A stretch of 64,000 bases of DNA from Tetramitus jugosus (taxonomy: Eukaryota; Protista; Heterolobosea): positions 62,001 through 126,000 of the forward strand of contig OW569393.1 in assembly GCA_937625935.1 (NCBI GenBank). The letters are read 5' to 3'. Every line of letters begins with the position of its first letter. The first letter of the stretch is position 1. This document shows, in pieces, positions 1-11,200 of this stretch. The translations under genes and the position numbers were made by a program. A model generated the notes under the pieces. The model saw nothing but the letters and a program-made list of their open reading frames with translations, was not told the DNA's origin and searched no databases.

Positions 1-1
1 G

Positions 2-418
2 TCTGGTTATCCTTGTATCGTGTTGGGCACAGGCAACAGAGACGAAGATGGTTACTTGTACTATTTTTGTAAGGCGGGAGACGGTGTCGCCGATGTTCAA
101 CTCATTAATGATTTGCACAAATCAGAGGTGTTTTTGATCTCAAAGAAGCTCAATGTGCCAGAGAGCATTATCAATGCACCACCAAGTGCTGATTTGTGGG
201 ATGGACAGACAGATGAGGACGAATTGGGCTTTAGCTATGATTTTGTCGAGTTGTTGACAGAGTATTTGGACTATTCAGAAGAGGAACAACAAAGAATGCT
301 CAATAGCTTTAGTGAAGAAGGATTGAAGCAGTTTAGAGAGCTGGAGAAGATGGCTGTGACTGTTCATAACAGAAATTCACACAAGGCTGACTATCCGTAC
401 AATATCAACATTTTGTAA
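2..418 (+). CDS. nadE: NAD+ synthetase, C-terminal part (5' end outside window)
   Basis: Frame is open from the window edge (SGYPCIVLGTGN...). NAD synthetase motifs GTGN, K-x-GDG, DLHKSEV and PPSADLWDGQTDEDELGFSYD. Confidence 0.9.
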   Translation, partial: SGYPCIVLGTGNRDEDGYLYYFCKAGDGVADVQLINDLHKSEVFLISKKLNVPESIINAPPSADLWDGQTDEDELGFSYDFVELLTEYLDYSEEEQQRMLNSFSEEGLKQFRELEKMAVTVHNRNSHKADYPYNINIL

Positions 419-875
419 AAAGAAGAATGAGAATAGAATTCCATCTATTGATTTTTAATTTGCTAGTAGCACACACTTGTTGTTCCAACCAATGTTGCAG
501 CATACACAGATGACTTGTGAACAACAAGAACACACAGAAGAGCTTCATGCATGGACCACTGTTGTTTGTTATTCAAGAGCTCGAAAGGTGTTTCACAAAG
601 ATTACTTCACCACAATCAACAACCATGAATGGAACTACTCACACAAGATGGTGGACTAGATCATCAAGAGTAAGCACAGAATCAAGGCATGTCAATCATA
701 CCCCTCTCTTGTTTGCACAGATTTGCATTTCTAGCGGAGCATTTTTTGGCATAATTTTTTTTCGTTGAAGGATGCACGGACCGGTTGACAACGATGAAGT
801 CAACCCGAGAGAAAAAACGAAAAATCAAAAAAAACAAACACACATCAAGTCACCAATCACATATAGCCAAAAAAC

Positions 876-1382
876 ATGTCAGCAGTTGAGACACCAAAGA
901 AGACTTCCACCTTCGCACCAAGGTACGCTCCTCACATCACTTGTTCATCAATGAGTATTTGCATTCACCATTGAAACCCGCAAATTTCATTGTCATCCAT
1001 TTCTTTTTTGTCATTATTTTGAATTTTTCGCTTACCGTTCATGCTTTCCATATGATTCAGACTTTACTCAAGAGGTGTTGTTCTTGGATACAAGAGAAAC
1101 TTATCTAGACAATACAGCAACATCGTATTGGTCAGAGTCGAAGGATTGAGAACCAAGGTTGACTCCGAATTCTATTTGGGAAAGAGAGTTGCATATTTGA
1201 CTAGAGCAAAGGGTGGCAACAAGCAAGGACCAAAGTCATACCAAGGAAGAAAGGTTGTTTGGGGAAAGATTGTCAAGTCTCACGGTTCCTCTGGAGCTTT
1301 GAAGGCAAAGTTCAACACCAACTTGCCAGCAACTGCCATTGGTGGATCCATCAGAGTTTTCTTGTACCCATCCCGTGTTTAA
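876..1382 (+). CDS. rpl35a: 60S ribosomal protein L35a (eL33); exons 876-922 and 1061-1382
   Basis: Splicing a 138-nt GTACGC...TTCAG intron (923-1060) gives MSAVETPKKTSTFAPRLYSRGVVLGYKR...FYLGKRVAY...WGKIVKSHGSSGALKAKF...LYPSRV, typical of eL33. Confidence 0.95.
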
Positions 1383-2263
1383 ATCAATATAAACTGCCAC
1401 GTTTGTTATTAGAACTTGATTTTGTCACTTTTATTTTTTTATGCATGTTTGTTTTTTGTTGTTCCATTCAAATTTTCACACTGGGAATGCAAAAACTTGT
1501 CGAGTATCTAGATTTTGTCCAACAGAAACATTAAACTTCACAACTCAGTGCAATGGATAGCTGTGCATTTCGGTGCATCGCATCTTTGGGATAGGATCAG
1601 GTCGGACAACAACTTGCTAGTTTGCCGTAGTTGCTCGCGAGCGAGATCACCCCGTGGAAGCTTCAATTGTGCTTCTCCAATAATCATTTGAAGTTGGATC
1701 TCGCTCGAGATCGTTCCTTTATTTTCCCAGAGGCACCAGGTGTATACACAGTGAAGGAATTGCGGAACTCCAAAAGACACGCCACACCGGCAATGATTCA
1801 ATGTCTCAATGTTCGATGAACAGCAAGCGCGGATTCATAAAACTCCTCGTTTGTTATTCCAGCCTCCGAAAGAGATTTTGCCGACCAATGATCTTGGCTG
1901 TCTCGATACCCAAAATTTATCGTGAGGGATTTCGAAGGTGCATCCCCCCTCATTCTGCGGAAATGTTTTAATCGCCTTGCAGTGTTTGACGTCATTTCGG
2001 ACACCAGAGGTGGGGTGATGGAATTCAACCAAACCACACATGGGAATTTCAGCAGACGATCTTCTTGTTTCGTTCGGTGTGCCAGGTCCCAACTTGATGA
2101 TGTGTGCTGGAACGACCTTGTGTTAAATTCTCTCTTGTTGTTTTCATTCTTCTCCACACACAAAACCAACACAAACCAACTAACTACTGTACCACCACAC
2201 ACCAAACGATTGAAAAAGCTTTTTCAAGACTAGAGCTTTCTCTCAAAACGAACAACAAAAAAC

Positions 2264-3538
2264 ATGTGGTACATTAACGGAAAAACCTATGACCTGAACA
2301 ATTTTAACCATCCTGGAGGTCCAATTGCACTCTCACTCGGTAAGGAACCAAACAAGGATGCCACTGGTCTCTTTCGATCCTATCATCCCTTTTCATTGGA
2401 CAAAGCTGAAGCTGTTTTGAACAAGTATGAAGTCAAGGCAGCAGGCAATGACGCTGAACCAAAGAGCAAGGAACAATTGGAAGAAGAAGCAGTGTTTGAC
2501 TGGAACACAAAATCAGAGTTTTTTGAAGAATTGAAGGGTATTGTTTCGCCTATTCTGAAAAAGAGCGGAACAAAGGCTACTTGGGGCCGTTGGGGCCAAA
2601 TTGTAGCGCTCATGCTGATTACGTGGGCCTCCTCCATTCCATTTTTGCACGGCAATTATTTGGCGCTCATTCTTTTCCCGCTTTTGCTGTGGATGAGCGC
2701 TGTAAATATTTTGCACGATGCAACGCATTTTGCGCTCAGTATGAATTGGCGGGTGAATCACTACTGGAGCTACATGTTCCCATGGTTCACTTCACCATTC
2801 ACGTGGTATCATCAACATGTGATTGGTCATCACATTTATACCAATATTCACAGAAAGGATCCTGATATGCATCATGGAACTTATTTGTGGAAGTATCACG
2901 AGAAGGCTCGTTGGTACAATTGGTACAGGTGGCAAAGATATTATGTTTGGTTCGTTTGGACCAACATGATGATGTCTTTGGCCTTTTTGATTGATTTTGT
3001 CTTCTTTTTGAAGGGAAATTATCACAAGGTGGTCAAAATGATGCCCATTTCAAAGAATAGAAGACGATTGCACCATGCAGTTCGTTTCTTGACGTTTTTC
3101 ACCATTTATGTGTGGCCATTCTTTAATCCACACCTCTCATGGTCCAAAGCTTTTATTTGGTCCGTTATTCCATATGGTATCATTGGTTACTGTTTTGCCT
3201 TCTCTAGTCAGTTGAATCACATTACAGGTGACAATCAAGGTCAATTTAGCAAGGATTGGTACAAGCATCAAGTCATGACCAGTCATACTTTTGCTCCAGA
3301 CAGTCTGTTTTGGTTCTTGTTCACTGGTGGATTGAATCTCCAGATTGAGCATCACTTGTTCCCTGGTGTCAATCATTGGCATTTGAGAACATTGCAACCC
3401 ATTGTGTATCAAATGTGCAAGAAGCACAATGTGAATTACAATTTGAGTGATACGGCTTGGATTGCGCTCAAGAAGCATTTGGATCATTTGGATCAGATGG
3501 CACTTGGACCTGATGCCACTAGCAAGAAATCTCATTAA
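2264..3538 (+). CDS. Front-end fatty acid desaturase (delta-5/delta-6 type) with cytochrome b5 domain
   Basis: HPGG heme motif, His boxes HDATH, HVIGHH and QIEHH, and hydrophobic segments. Confidence 0.92.
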   Translation: MWYINGKTYDLNNFNHPGGPIALSLGKEPNKDATGLFRSYHPFSLDKAEAVLNKYEVKAAGNDAEPKSKEQLEEEAVFDWNTKSEFFEELKGIVSPILKKSGTKATWGRWGQIVALMLITWASSIPFLHGNYLALILFPLLLWMSAVNILHDATHFALSMNWRVNHYWSYMFPWFTSPFTWYHQHVIGHHIYTNIHRKDPDMHHGTYLWKYHEKARWYNWYRWQRYYVWFVWTNMMMSLAFLIDFVFFLKGNYHKVVKMMPISKNRRRLHHAVRFLTFFTIYVWPFFNPHLSWSKAFIWSVIPYGIIGYCFAFSSQLNHITGDNQGQFSKDWYKHQVMTSHTFAPDSLFWFLFTGGLNLQIEHHLFPGVNHWHLRTLQPIVYQMCKKHNVNYNLSDTAWIALKKHLDHLDQMALGPDATSKKSH

Positions 3539-3736
3539 ACAACAATTAGATTCTTTTTTTAACAAATCAAACTTTCGTACTATCAATAATATTCTTCCTC
3601 AAAAGTACTTTTATTGTATTTGAGAGGAAGTTTAAGATACAGTCTAAATTTCGACCTAAACAGATAAATCGATCACTTTAAAGAATATTATTGATACTGT
3701 GACACTTGACACACAGGAAAAAGACCAAAAATTTGT

Positions 3737-6118
3737 TTATTTCGTCATCGTATGATCAGGGGACGATGATGATGATGAGCGAACAATCTTGTCCACTACG
3801 GAAGCAAGCTTCTTCCGAGTGAAACGAGTGTCCAAACAATTGGTAATCATGATACCGTTTGTTCTCGTGTCCTCTCTCATTCTCTCATCTTGGATCCGCA
3901 TTAAAAATTCATGGACAACAAACCTAATATTATGAAGGAAAGTACCTCCTCCAAGCTCAAAATAAAACTTGTACTTGTTCTTGCCGAACGAGCGGTGTTG
4001 TTGTTGTTCCTCATGACAGGAGCAACAACTACTGGTTGTGGCCACATTCATGGAGTTGTCCTTTGATTGTTGAACATATCTCTTCAAGTAGATTTGTTCT
4101 ACTTCTCTCTTGTCCAGTGCTGGTTGAAATGTTTGGCACAAGCGACTCCAAACAATGTCACTTCCCGCAATTTGATAGCACGTATAGTCTACGTAGCTTA
4201 GTTTCACTAATTGTCTCGCATTTAAGAACGAGCAAATGTGATAAATGATATCTCTGTAACCTTCCTCTAGAAGAACTTTAAATGTGCCTGTTTTGCAAAC
4301 GATTCGATCAAACATGTGATCAAAATTGGTTGGAACAGCACCATTGTGGCCATTGTTGCCATTGCTATTGTTATTCAATGATAATAATCGATTGGGGCTT
4401 GGAACGGAATAGGAACTACTGCTACTATAGCTATTGTAGTTATTTTGGATGGGAGATGCTACAGTAGGGGTACTTGATTCCACAGTCATTGGCCGACCCG
4501 CGTTCTGCGAGTAGCGCAAGTGCTTTGGTAAATTGGGAAAAGCTTCCTTGAGATCCGTCCTGAGCAATTGCCGAATGAAGCGATCCTTGTGCGTAAAAAT
4601 GAGCACGATACGCGTGTCTGGTTGAAATTTGGGATGATTGGCAATTTCATTGAAAAGCTCCAATGATTCCGCAATCTTGTCACTGTTGGAGTTATCACCA
4701 CTACCGTTATTGTAAAAGTCATCGTCGGACAAATGCTCATTGAAGCCGGATAGGGATACACAATAGAAAATGGCGCTTGTTTGATCGAATAGATTGGTCC
4801 ATTTGCGCCTTTCGTGCCTAGATCCCCCTACATCGACAAATTGTATCGTTCTTTGCTTGGGTAGCAATGGATGAGTCAGTGAAGACTCAATAATTCCACT
4901 CGTAGGAGAATTGAGAGCCAACTAATGTATTGTTAAAAGTAATTGCAATAATACATCAAAAGCAGCACACAGAACAACAAAAAGCTTAGTGTTAGCTTTG
5001 CACTTTGTTACTCATTCAAAATAATATGAATGCCAAAAAAGACATTCACACAACAATAAAAAAAAATAAATACAACAATAAAAAAATTCTTACAAAACGA
5101 CACATACAAATGCCTTTAGCTTCATATTAGAGCTAACCTTGTGCTGTTGATCATAATACAGCTCACTAATGTGAGACAACAAAAATGGTGCAGTATAAGG
5201 TCGTATCAAATGACACTCTGACACTGCATTCAAACAATTTTCCCTAAACGCATCTTCCTTCATCCAAAGCTTTTGTAAATCTTGAACAAACGATGGACTA
5301 TTGTGCAAGAGACTTGAAATCTCTGAAAAGGTAACTACACTTGACAATTGTTTCAACATTTGCCACAATAGTTCACTGCTCTCATGCTCAAAATGTTGTA
5401 TAGGATACACTAGGAGAATACCCTTCAAGAACTGAACACAGTTCATGACTAGTTTTAGCTTTGTCCACGAGTCCATCACTGTTATACCTACATCAATGTT
5501 GTCTTCATCAGTTAGCTTTTGATGATTACAATTGTTATTTGTATGACTACTACTACTACCATTATTGGTCGTAAAGCTTTCATTTTTTGTTGTTATGCTA
5601 TTATTTTTGTTGCTATAGCTATTGCTATTGCTATTGTTGGTTGTGGCTGTTGATGGATAAATGACATGGGAGAGATACTTAAAAATGGTTGATTTTCCCG
5701 ACTCTGTCGTGCCCAATAGTAAAATTTTGATGGGTCGCATGTCCTCAGCAGCAGCAGATCGAGGTGATGATCTCTTCATTCGCATAGGCAACGATAACGT
5801 AAGTGTTCGTTGTTGCGAATCACCGCCGCCATTTTCTCCGTCATTTTCCATGGCTGAAAAACAACAAGAGTCAAAAGAGGGACACCGCCGACTACTACGT
5901 TTGACAGTTCCTGTCGTCACAGAAATAACATTTTTTCTGTCTCGTATTTTTCCCATGGTTTCCAAGTCGTTTGTGTCGAGTGCTGTACTTGTTTGAGAGC
6001 CATAATAAAATGAACGAGCACCTCTGTGTCGTTGTTTTTGTCGTCGTTGTTGTGGTTGGTGGTGCATGTCGTCGTTGTCGACATCCAAAAAATCAGTGCT
6101 TGCAAAATTGTTGCCCAT
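3737..6118 (-). CDS. Atypical heterotrimeric G-protein alpha-like protein with an internal F-box; exons 6118-5108 and 4921-3737
   Basis: MG start; G1 ILLLGTTESGKSTIFK. A phase-0 intron GTATGT...ATTAG (5107-4922) joins KAF to LALNSPTSGIIE. Then DVGGSRHERRKW, IFTHKD and TNCLDT. F-box-like DIIYHICSFLNARQLVKLSYVDYTCYQIAGSDIVWSRLC lies at about 4262-4135. Confidence 0.85.
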
Positions 6119-7058
6119 GTTGATGATTTTTTTTTTCGTTGAAAGAAATAATGGAAACAAAAGTGAAATTTTGGTTTTGTCTGTTGCTGGTGTTTTTTTT
6201 TGGTGGTGTGGAGGAGAAATCTGTTGTTCGAATGAGCCGTTGGAACGTTATGTTGTGGTGACACAAAGGATAATGGAGATGACGATGATCAATAGCACAC
6301 GAGAGTTTGTTTGTTTTTTTGGTCGGATTTGGGGTTGGTGACCGAAAGGTGTGTGACCACAGTGAAGTGTTATGTGGTTTGGCAAGAGAGTGAGTGGTTG
6401 GGGGTTGCGACTTTTGCTGCTTTGCTCCACAATGGAAAACGTTGGGATGTCGAACACCCAAAAAAAACCATGGATGTCGCTCGTGCAACAGGGATTTTTC
6501 TGTTTAAAATCTAATTAACTGTCCCCATCATCGTCACTCTTTCAAGCTTCTCCTTATGACACAAGCTTGAAAGGAATTTGTCCACATCGATGTATTGAAA
6601 CTACAACTTGAACAGTGAGGATCATTGTTCAATGATGCAAAATCCCTGATTCGGCATCGACAATGACGGTCATCTTGCGACGTAAAAGGGAACTCCAACT
6701 GTCAATGTGTTTGTGAGCAAATCATTACTTTATTTATTTTTACAACAAAAGCTTAAAGTCCTGGAAAGGATTGTCTCCATGTGTGCATTGTGTTGTTCCA
6801 GCGTGGAAAAAAGAGACATCCGATTGGTGCATTTCAATTCGATGTGGCAAAAAAAAAACAAGAATGTCATCCGAGCCATATTGGGTGGATTCCATCGATG
6901 TCGCCCCATTACGGAGAGAATCACTTTTTTCTCCTCCCTGCTCATTTCTCCGAATGTGAAGCTTTTCGTTGAAGTTGACGTGACGCTTGCATTTTTGCTT
7001 TGTTCGTCAGAGAGCAGCTGAAAAAACAACAAACAAAAAGAACAAAAGGAGACAGAGA

Positions 7059-7991
7059 ATGAGCCCACAACAGAAACCAGTACCACTTACGATTGAAACG
7101 TTGAACAATGGAGAACAAGTGAAACAATTGTTTTATGAATGGGCACACAGAGAAGGTTGGCAACCAGGTACCAAGGATTTGGAGCCGTTTTTTGAGATTG
7201 ATCACAATGGTTTTTTCGTTGGCAAGATTCAAGAGAATGAGCACACGGATCCAAAAATAGTTTCCATTGTAAGCGGAGTATCTTATGACAAGGACTATGG
7301 CTTTATTGGTTTTTATGTTGTTGATCCAGAGGAGAGAGGAAAAAATTATGGGTATCCATTGTTTAGAGCCGCAATGGATTATTTGGGTGAGGAGAGAACA
7401 ATTGGATTGGAAGCGGTGTCCGCTCAGGCGCACAATTATGAAAAGTGCGGTTTTGTAACGTTGTACACGACGCGACGATATTGGGTGCCTGCGTCTGATA
7501 TTGTGAAGCACAAGACTGAAGAGAATACTGGAGATATTCGTTTTGTTCAAGCTCAGGGTGTTCCTATTGAACAATTGGTCAAGTATGATTCTGAGATTTT
7601 TGGTCACGAGAGAGCTCGTTATTTGACAAAGTTGTTTCAAATTGCAAGTTCCTCTGCTGTGGTGATGAAGGAAGACAAGATTGTGGGTTATGGAGCTGTG
7701 AGACCTGCTGATGGTGTTTACAAGGTTGGTCCACTGTTTGCCGATTCAGTTGAGATTGCTGAGCAGTTGTTGATTGAGTTGAGCTCTTCGTTGGAGAACC
7801 GTGAATGGAATGTGTGTTTAGATATTCATGTGCCTAATCACGAAGCGATTCAATTGGCTGAGGAAAAGCTCAAGGCGACTGTCTTGTTCGAGACTGGAAG
7901 AATGTACAGAAGGGGAAAGAATCAACCAGAACCATCCGATGCTCAATCCATTCCGAGGATGTTTATGAGTACTTCTCTGGAGATTGGTTAA
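7059..7991 (+). CDS. GNAT acetyltransferase (YitH-like, two GNAT folds)
   Basis: WAHREGWQPG, FIGFYVVDPEERGKNYG (acetyl-CoA loop), YEKCGF and KVGPLFADS motifs. ATG at 7059 follows an A-rich leader. Confidence 0.85.
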   Translation: MSPQQKPVPLTIETLNNGEQVKQLFYEWAHREGWQPGTKDLEPFFEIDHNGFFVGKIQENEHTDPKIVSIVSGVSYDKDYGFIGFYVVDPEERGKNYGYPLFRAAMDYLGEERTIGLEAVSAQAHNYEKCGFVTLYTTRRYWVPASDIVKHKTEENTGDIRFVQAQGVPIEQLVKYDSEIFGHERARYLTKLFQIASSSAVVMKEDKIVGYGAVRPADGVYKVGPLFADSVEIAEQLLIELSSSLENREWNVCLDIHVPNHEAIQLAEEKLKATVLFETGRMYRRGKNQPEPSDAQSIPRMFMSTSLEIG

Positions 7992-8164
7992 GAACTGGGA
8001 GAAATCATTCATTCTAAAGTAAAAAAACTTGTTGTTTGACTGCCGATATTCCTGCTTACTAATTGCGACTCTGGTCGTTGCATACTCTACGCCTTAACTG
8101 CATCGATATCTTTACAGATCTATTGTGGGCCCAAAGTTCGAAATCCACGAAAAAGCTGGAACAA

Positions 8165-8190
8165 CATGTCGGGAATTTTTTCCCGTCATG
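8165..8190. promoter_or_regulatory. Palindromic element upstream of the F-box/ankyrin gene
   Basis: CATGTCGGGAA-TTTT-TTCCCGTCATG: 11-bp arms with one mismatch, about 70 bp upstream of the ATG at 8258. Function is inferred only. Confidence 0.3.
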
Positions 8191-8257
8191 ATCCAGAAAG
8201 AAAAAGGGTATGTGTCACAAGGACAAGCCATTCAGAAAAAAAAACAAAGACTGAGTC

Positions 8258-11200
8258 ATGTTGAGTAAAGCTGCTGTGCTAGGCAAGAACTTCAAGCAAG
8301 ATTTCACTGAAAATGAAGACGATTCCGATGTACCCATGACAACTGAAACTCAAGTTGTGGGTACTACTGCTGTTGTTGATGGTGATGCTTCTGGGAACGT
8401 GGTCCAGGACAACACGAGTGTCACTGTTGAGGGAGGAAATGATGAAGAAGGTGCAAATTTTCATGTTTTTTGGCAGAGGGATCCAGAGCGAGAGCGGGAT
8501 AAAATCCTTGGATTTTTTGTAATGGATGGTCAACCGATTCCAAGAGAGTTGTTTCATTTGATTATGCAGTTCGTTCCTGCTTTTCCCTTTTATTTCATGT
8601 TGAGGTCAGTGTGCTCTCAGTGGCTCTATGAATTCCAAGAGCAAATCTATGGCAATGTTACTTTTTTGAGTCTGGTGGATGATGGCAGACCAAAGTATTA
8701 TTTCAGAGACAATGGTCAGACATTGGTGCAATTTAAGCCCATTGGTGCCAGTGGAAAGAAATTTAGTTTGGACCAAGCTGGTCAAGCTCAATATTATAAC
8801 AGGACTCCTGTGTTTAAATTTTTGGCCAACGTGTTTCCCAATGTGAAGCATCTAAAGTTGGGGTTAGGTTCATTTACCAATAGGTATGACTTAACTGCTT
8901 GTTTTCAGTCTCTGGTGGCAAAGTTGACGCAGATTGAAACGTTGGATATTTTGGGTGCCACTCTCACTCGTTCACCAACGTTAAATAGGCGTCATTGGAA
9001 ATATGGTTCCCCGTTAAGCGTGAGTGAATTGGAAGTTATTGCACGTTCATTGTCAAGTTCACTCAAGAGTCTTAACTTTGTTGGTGTTAGTTTGAGTACT
9101 CGTTCCATTGATGCGTTAAAATTATTTTCTGAAAAGGGACGAACAGGGACATCTGTTTCAAACTCTCAATTCAGTACCGCACTAATCACAGTGGATATCC
9201 AGCGTCTTACTTTACACTCGATATTTTTATTGCAACATTCTCCCTATATGAACTCGAGCTCATTTGAGTGGGATCGCATTAAGGAAGTGTATACTGACTT
9301 TGAACTGACTGTAGTAGAGTCAGATGATAATACACTCATTCAACAGGCCACTACCGTATCATATGTCGATTACTTGAATTACATGTCAAAGAAAGAAGGA
9401 ATTTTCTTAGCATGTATCGGAACCCATTTGCGAACAGACACTGATGAAGCAGTGGAGGCCATTATTGATACTGCTGTCCGAGAATATCCCTCCTTCCAAC
9501 CACTCCTCTCTCTGCCAGGCAAAGTATTTCAACTCGTCTCGCAAGTCAAATTGAACGGACCTTTTATTGCAAGTCATGTGCATACAGCTATGAAGGCCTT
9601 GGAATTGCTAACTGATCCAATCAGAATGAAGTATCCGGAATTGGTAATGGACATTAACAGTAAGTTCAATTGGTATGCAAACTCTCCACCAACCACTCTC
9701 CTGGGTATTCTGATTCCAATCGAAGGAGCTGTGGAGTTGCTTCCGGCTATCATTGAGACTTACAAGCCTTCATTAACTGTGAATGGTACTCGCAATTATC
9801 TTGTGGAGATATTTACGAATGCATCCCATCTTAGACGACACTTGATGGATTACTTCTTGTCTTTGGAGCCCGAGTTAATTGTCCTTGGAGATACAGATGG
9901 CACTATTAACAATGAAGAAAAGAAGCTACCCCTAATTCAGTTGTTCCTGTCTCGAGATGGTCTAGACTACACTCTGGACGATATCAAATATTTGGTGAGA
10001 GTAGGGGCTTCACTTACACATGTTGACAAATTTGGCAACAATGTACTCCACTCTGCCTGTCTTACATTGGACGTAGATTTAGTGCAATACCTTCTCTCGG
10101 TATGTCCCGAGAGTATGTTCTTCGAAAGAAATACTGAAGGCCAGACTCCTCTTGAGCTCATTTTCTCACCCAACAAGAAGGGCATTTTGTTACATACATT
10201 CCTTGAAGCAGCTTCTAAGTGGCCTATCTTCCAGGATCGAAAGCTGTCAAGTTATAAAACATCATGTGGCAACTTACTTCATTCTGCATTAGTGAATCCC
10301 AGTGTAGCCACAATCCAATGGTTACTAGCACATGATTTTGAGGCGAATGCGTTGAATGATCGAGAGGAAAACGCATTATTCTATTCTAGAACTGAATCAA
10401 AGAAGCAGATACATTCCTATCGTAGCCAATATCGTACGTACGATACCATGGTCAGTCTAGATCATTATATTGATCCTTATGCAGAAGAATTAATCAAAGC
10501 TGGAGCAAAAGTGGATCTGGAAAACATTGACGGAAGAACGATAGTTACATCAGCTCTTCGTAACAGCAATTACCAGTTGATCAATTACATTATCCGAAAC
10601 CCAGATATCTCTTCTAAACCTTTGGCAGTACTGTTGGGCCCCAGAATGCAACACGGCTTCAATGCTTTACATTTTGTGTTCAAAACCATGGTGGATATTG
10701 CAGATCCTATGAAGGGAATGAACAAAAAGCAAAAAGCATTCACAGTAGGCAATTATCCTATCGCCAGACACTGTGCGCTACTTTGCCTGGAACATTACCC
10801 TGAAATGCTGTACGAAAGATCTGAACTATCAGATGAGGAGGATCTAAAAGGTATTTGTGGTTTAAGTCCCCTTCAAATTTTACTCGAAGCATCCAAAGGC
10901 TTACCATTGTTGAATGATTTATCAATCAACCTGAGAGATATCGCCAATAAGCCAGTGTTCGCGAGCAAAGATCCGAATGTGATTGCTCCCATTCCTGTCT
11001 TGTATCTTGCATTGGAGGTGGCATTGGACATTCCAATGTTTGACAGATTGATGACTTATACTGATAATGTTCTGATCAGAGATGAGACACAAGAAACCAA
11101 ACCCAATCTTTTGCACATTGCTGCTGAGAGAGATGCATCTCTCTGTCAATGTATCATCAGGCATTGGAAGAAAAAATTTAAGGTGAAGGAAGAGTTGTTG

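Noticed and set aside
923-1060. Possible intronic snoRNA in rpl35a
   Set aside because: No proper C box (RUGAUGA) or D box (CUGA), and no H/ACA double hairpin is visible.
1538-2205. Two overlapping minus-strand ORFs that might be a frameshifted gene
   Set aside because: No recognisable motif and no clear splice or frameshift solution. It could be a decayed gene, but this cannot be supported.
6942-7640. Long antisense ORFs here and over many other genes (e.g. 3137-3586, 24927-25541, 36185-36784, 55817-56428)
   Set aside because: They are shadows of real CDSs on the opposite strand, caused by codon bias and trinucleotide low complexity.
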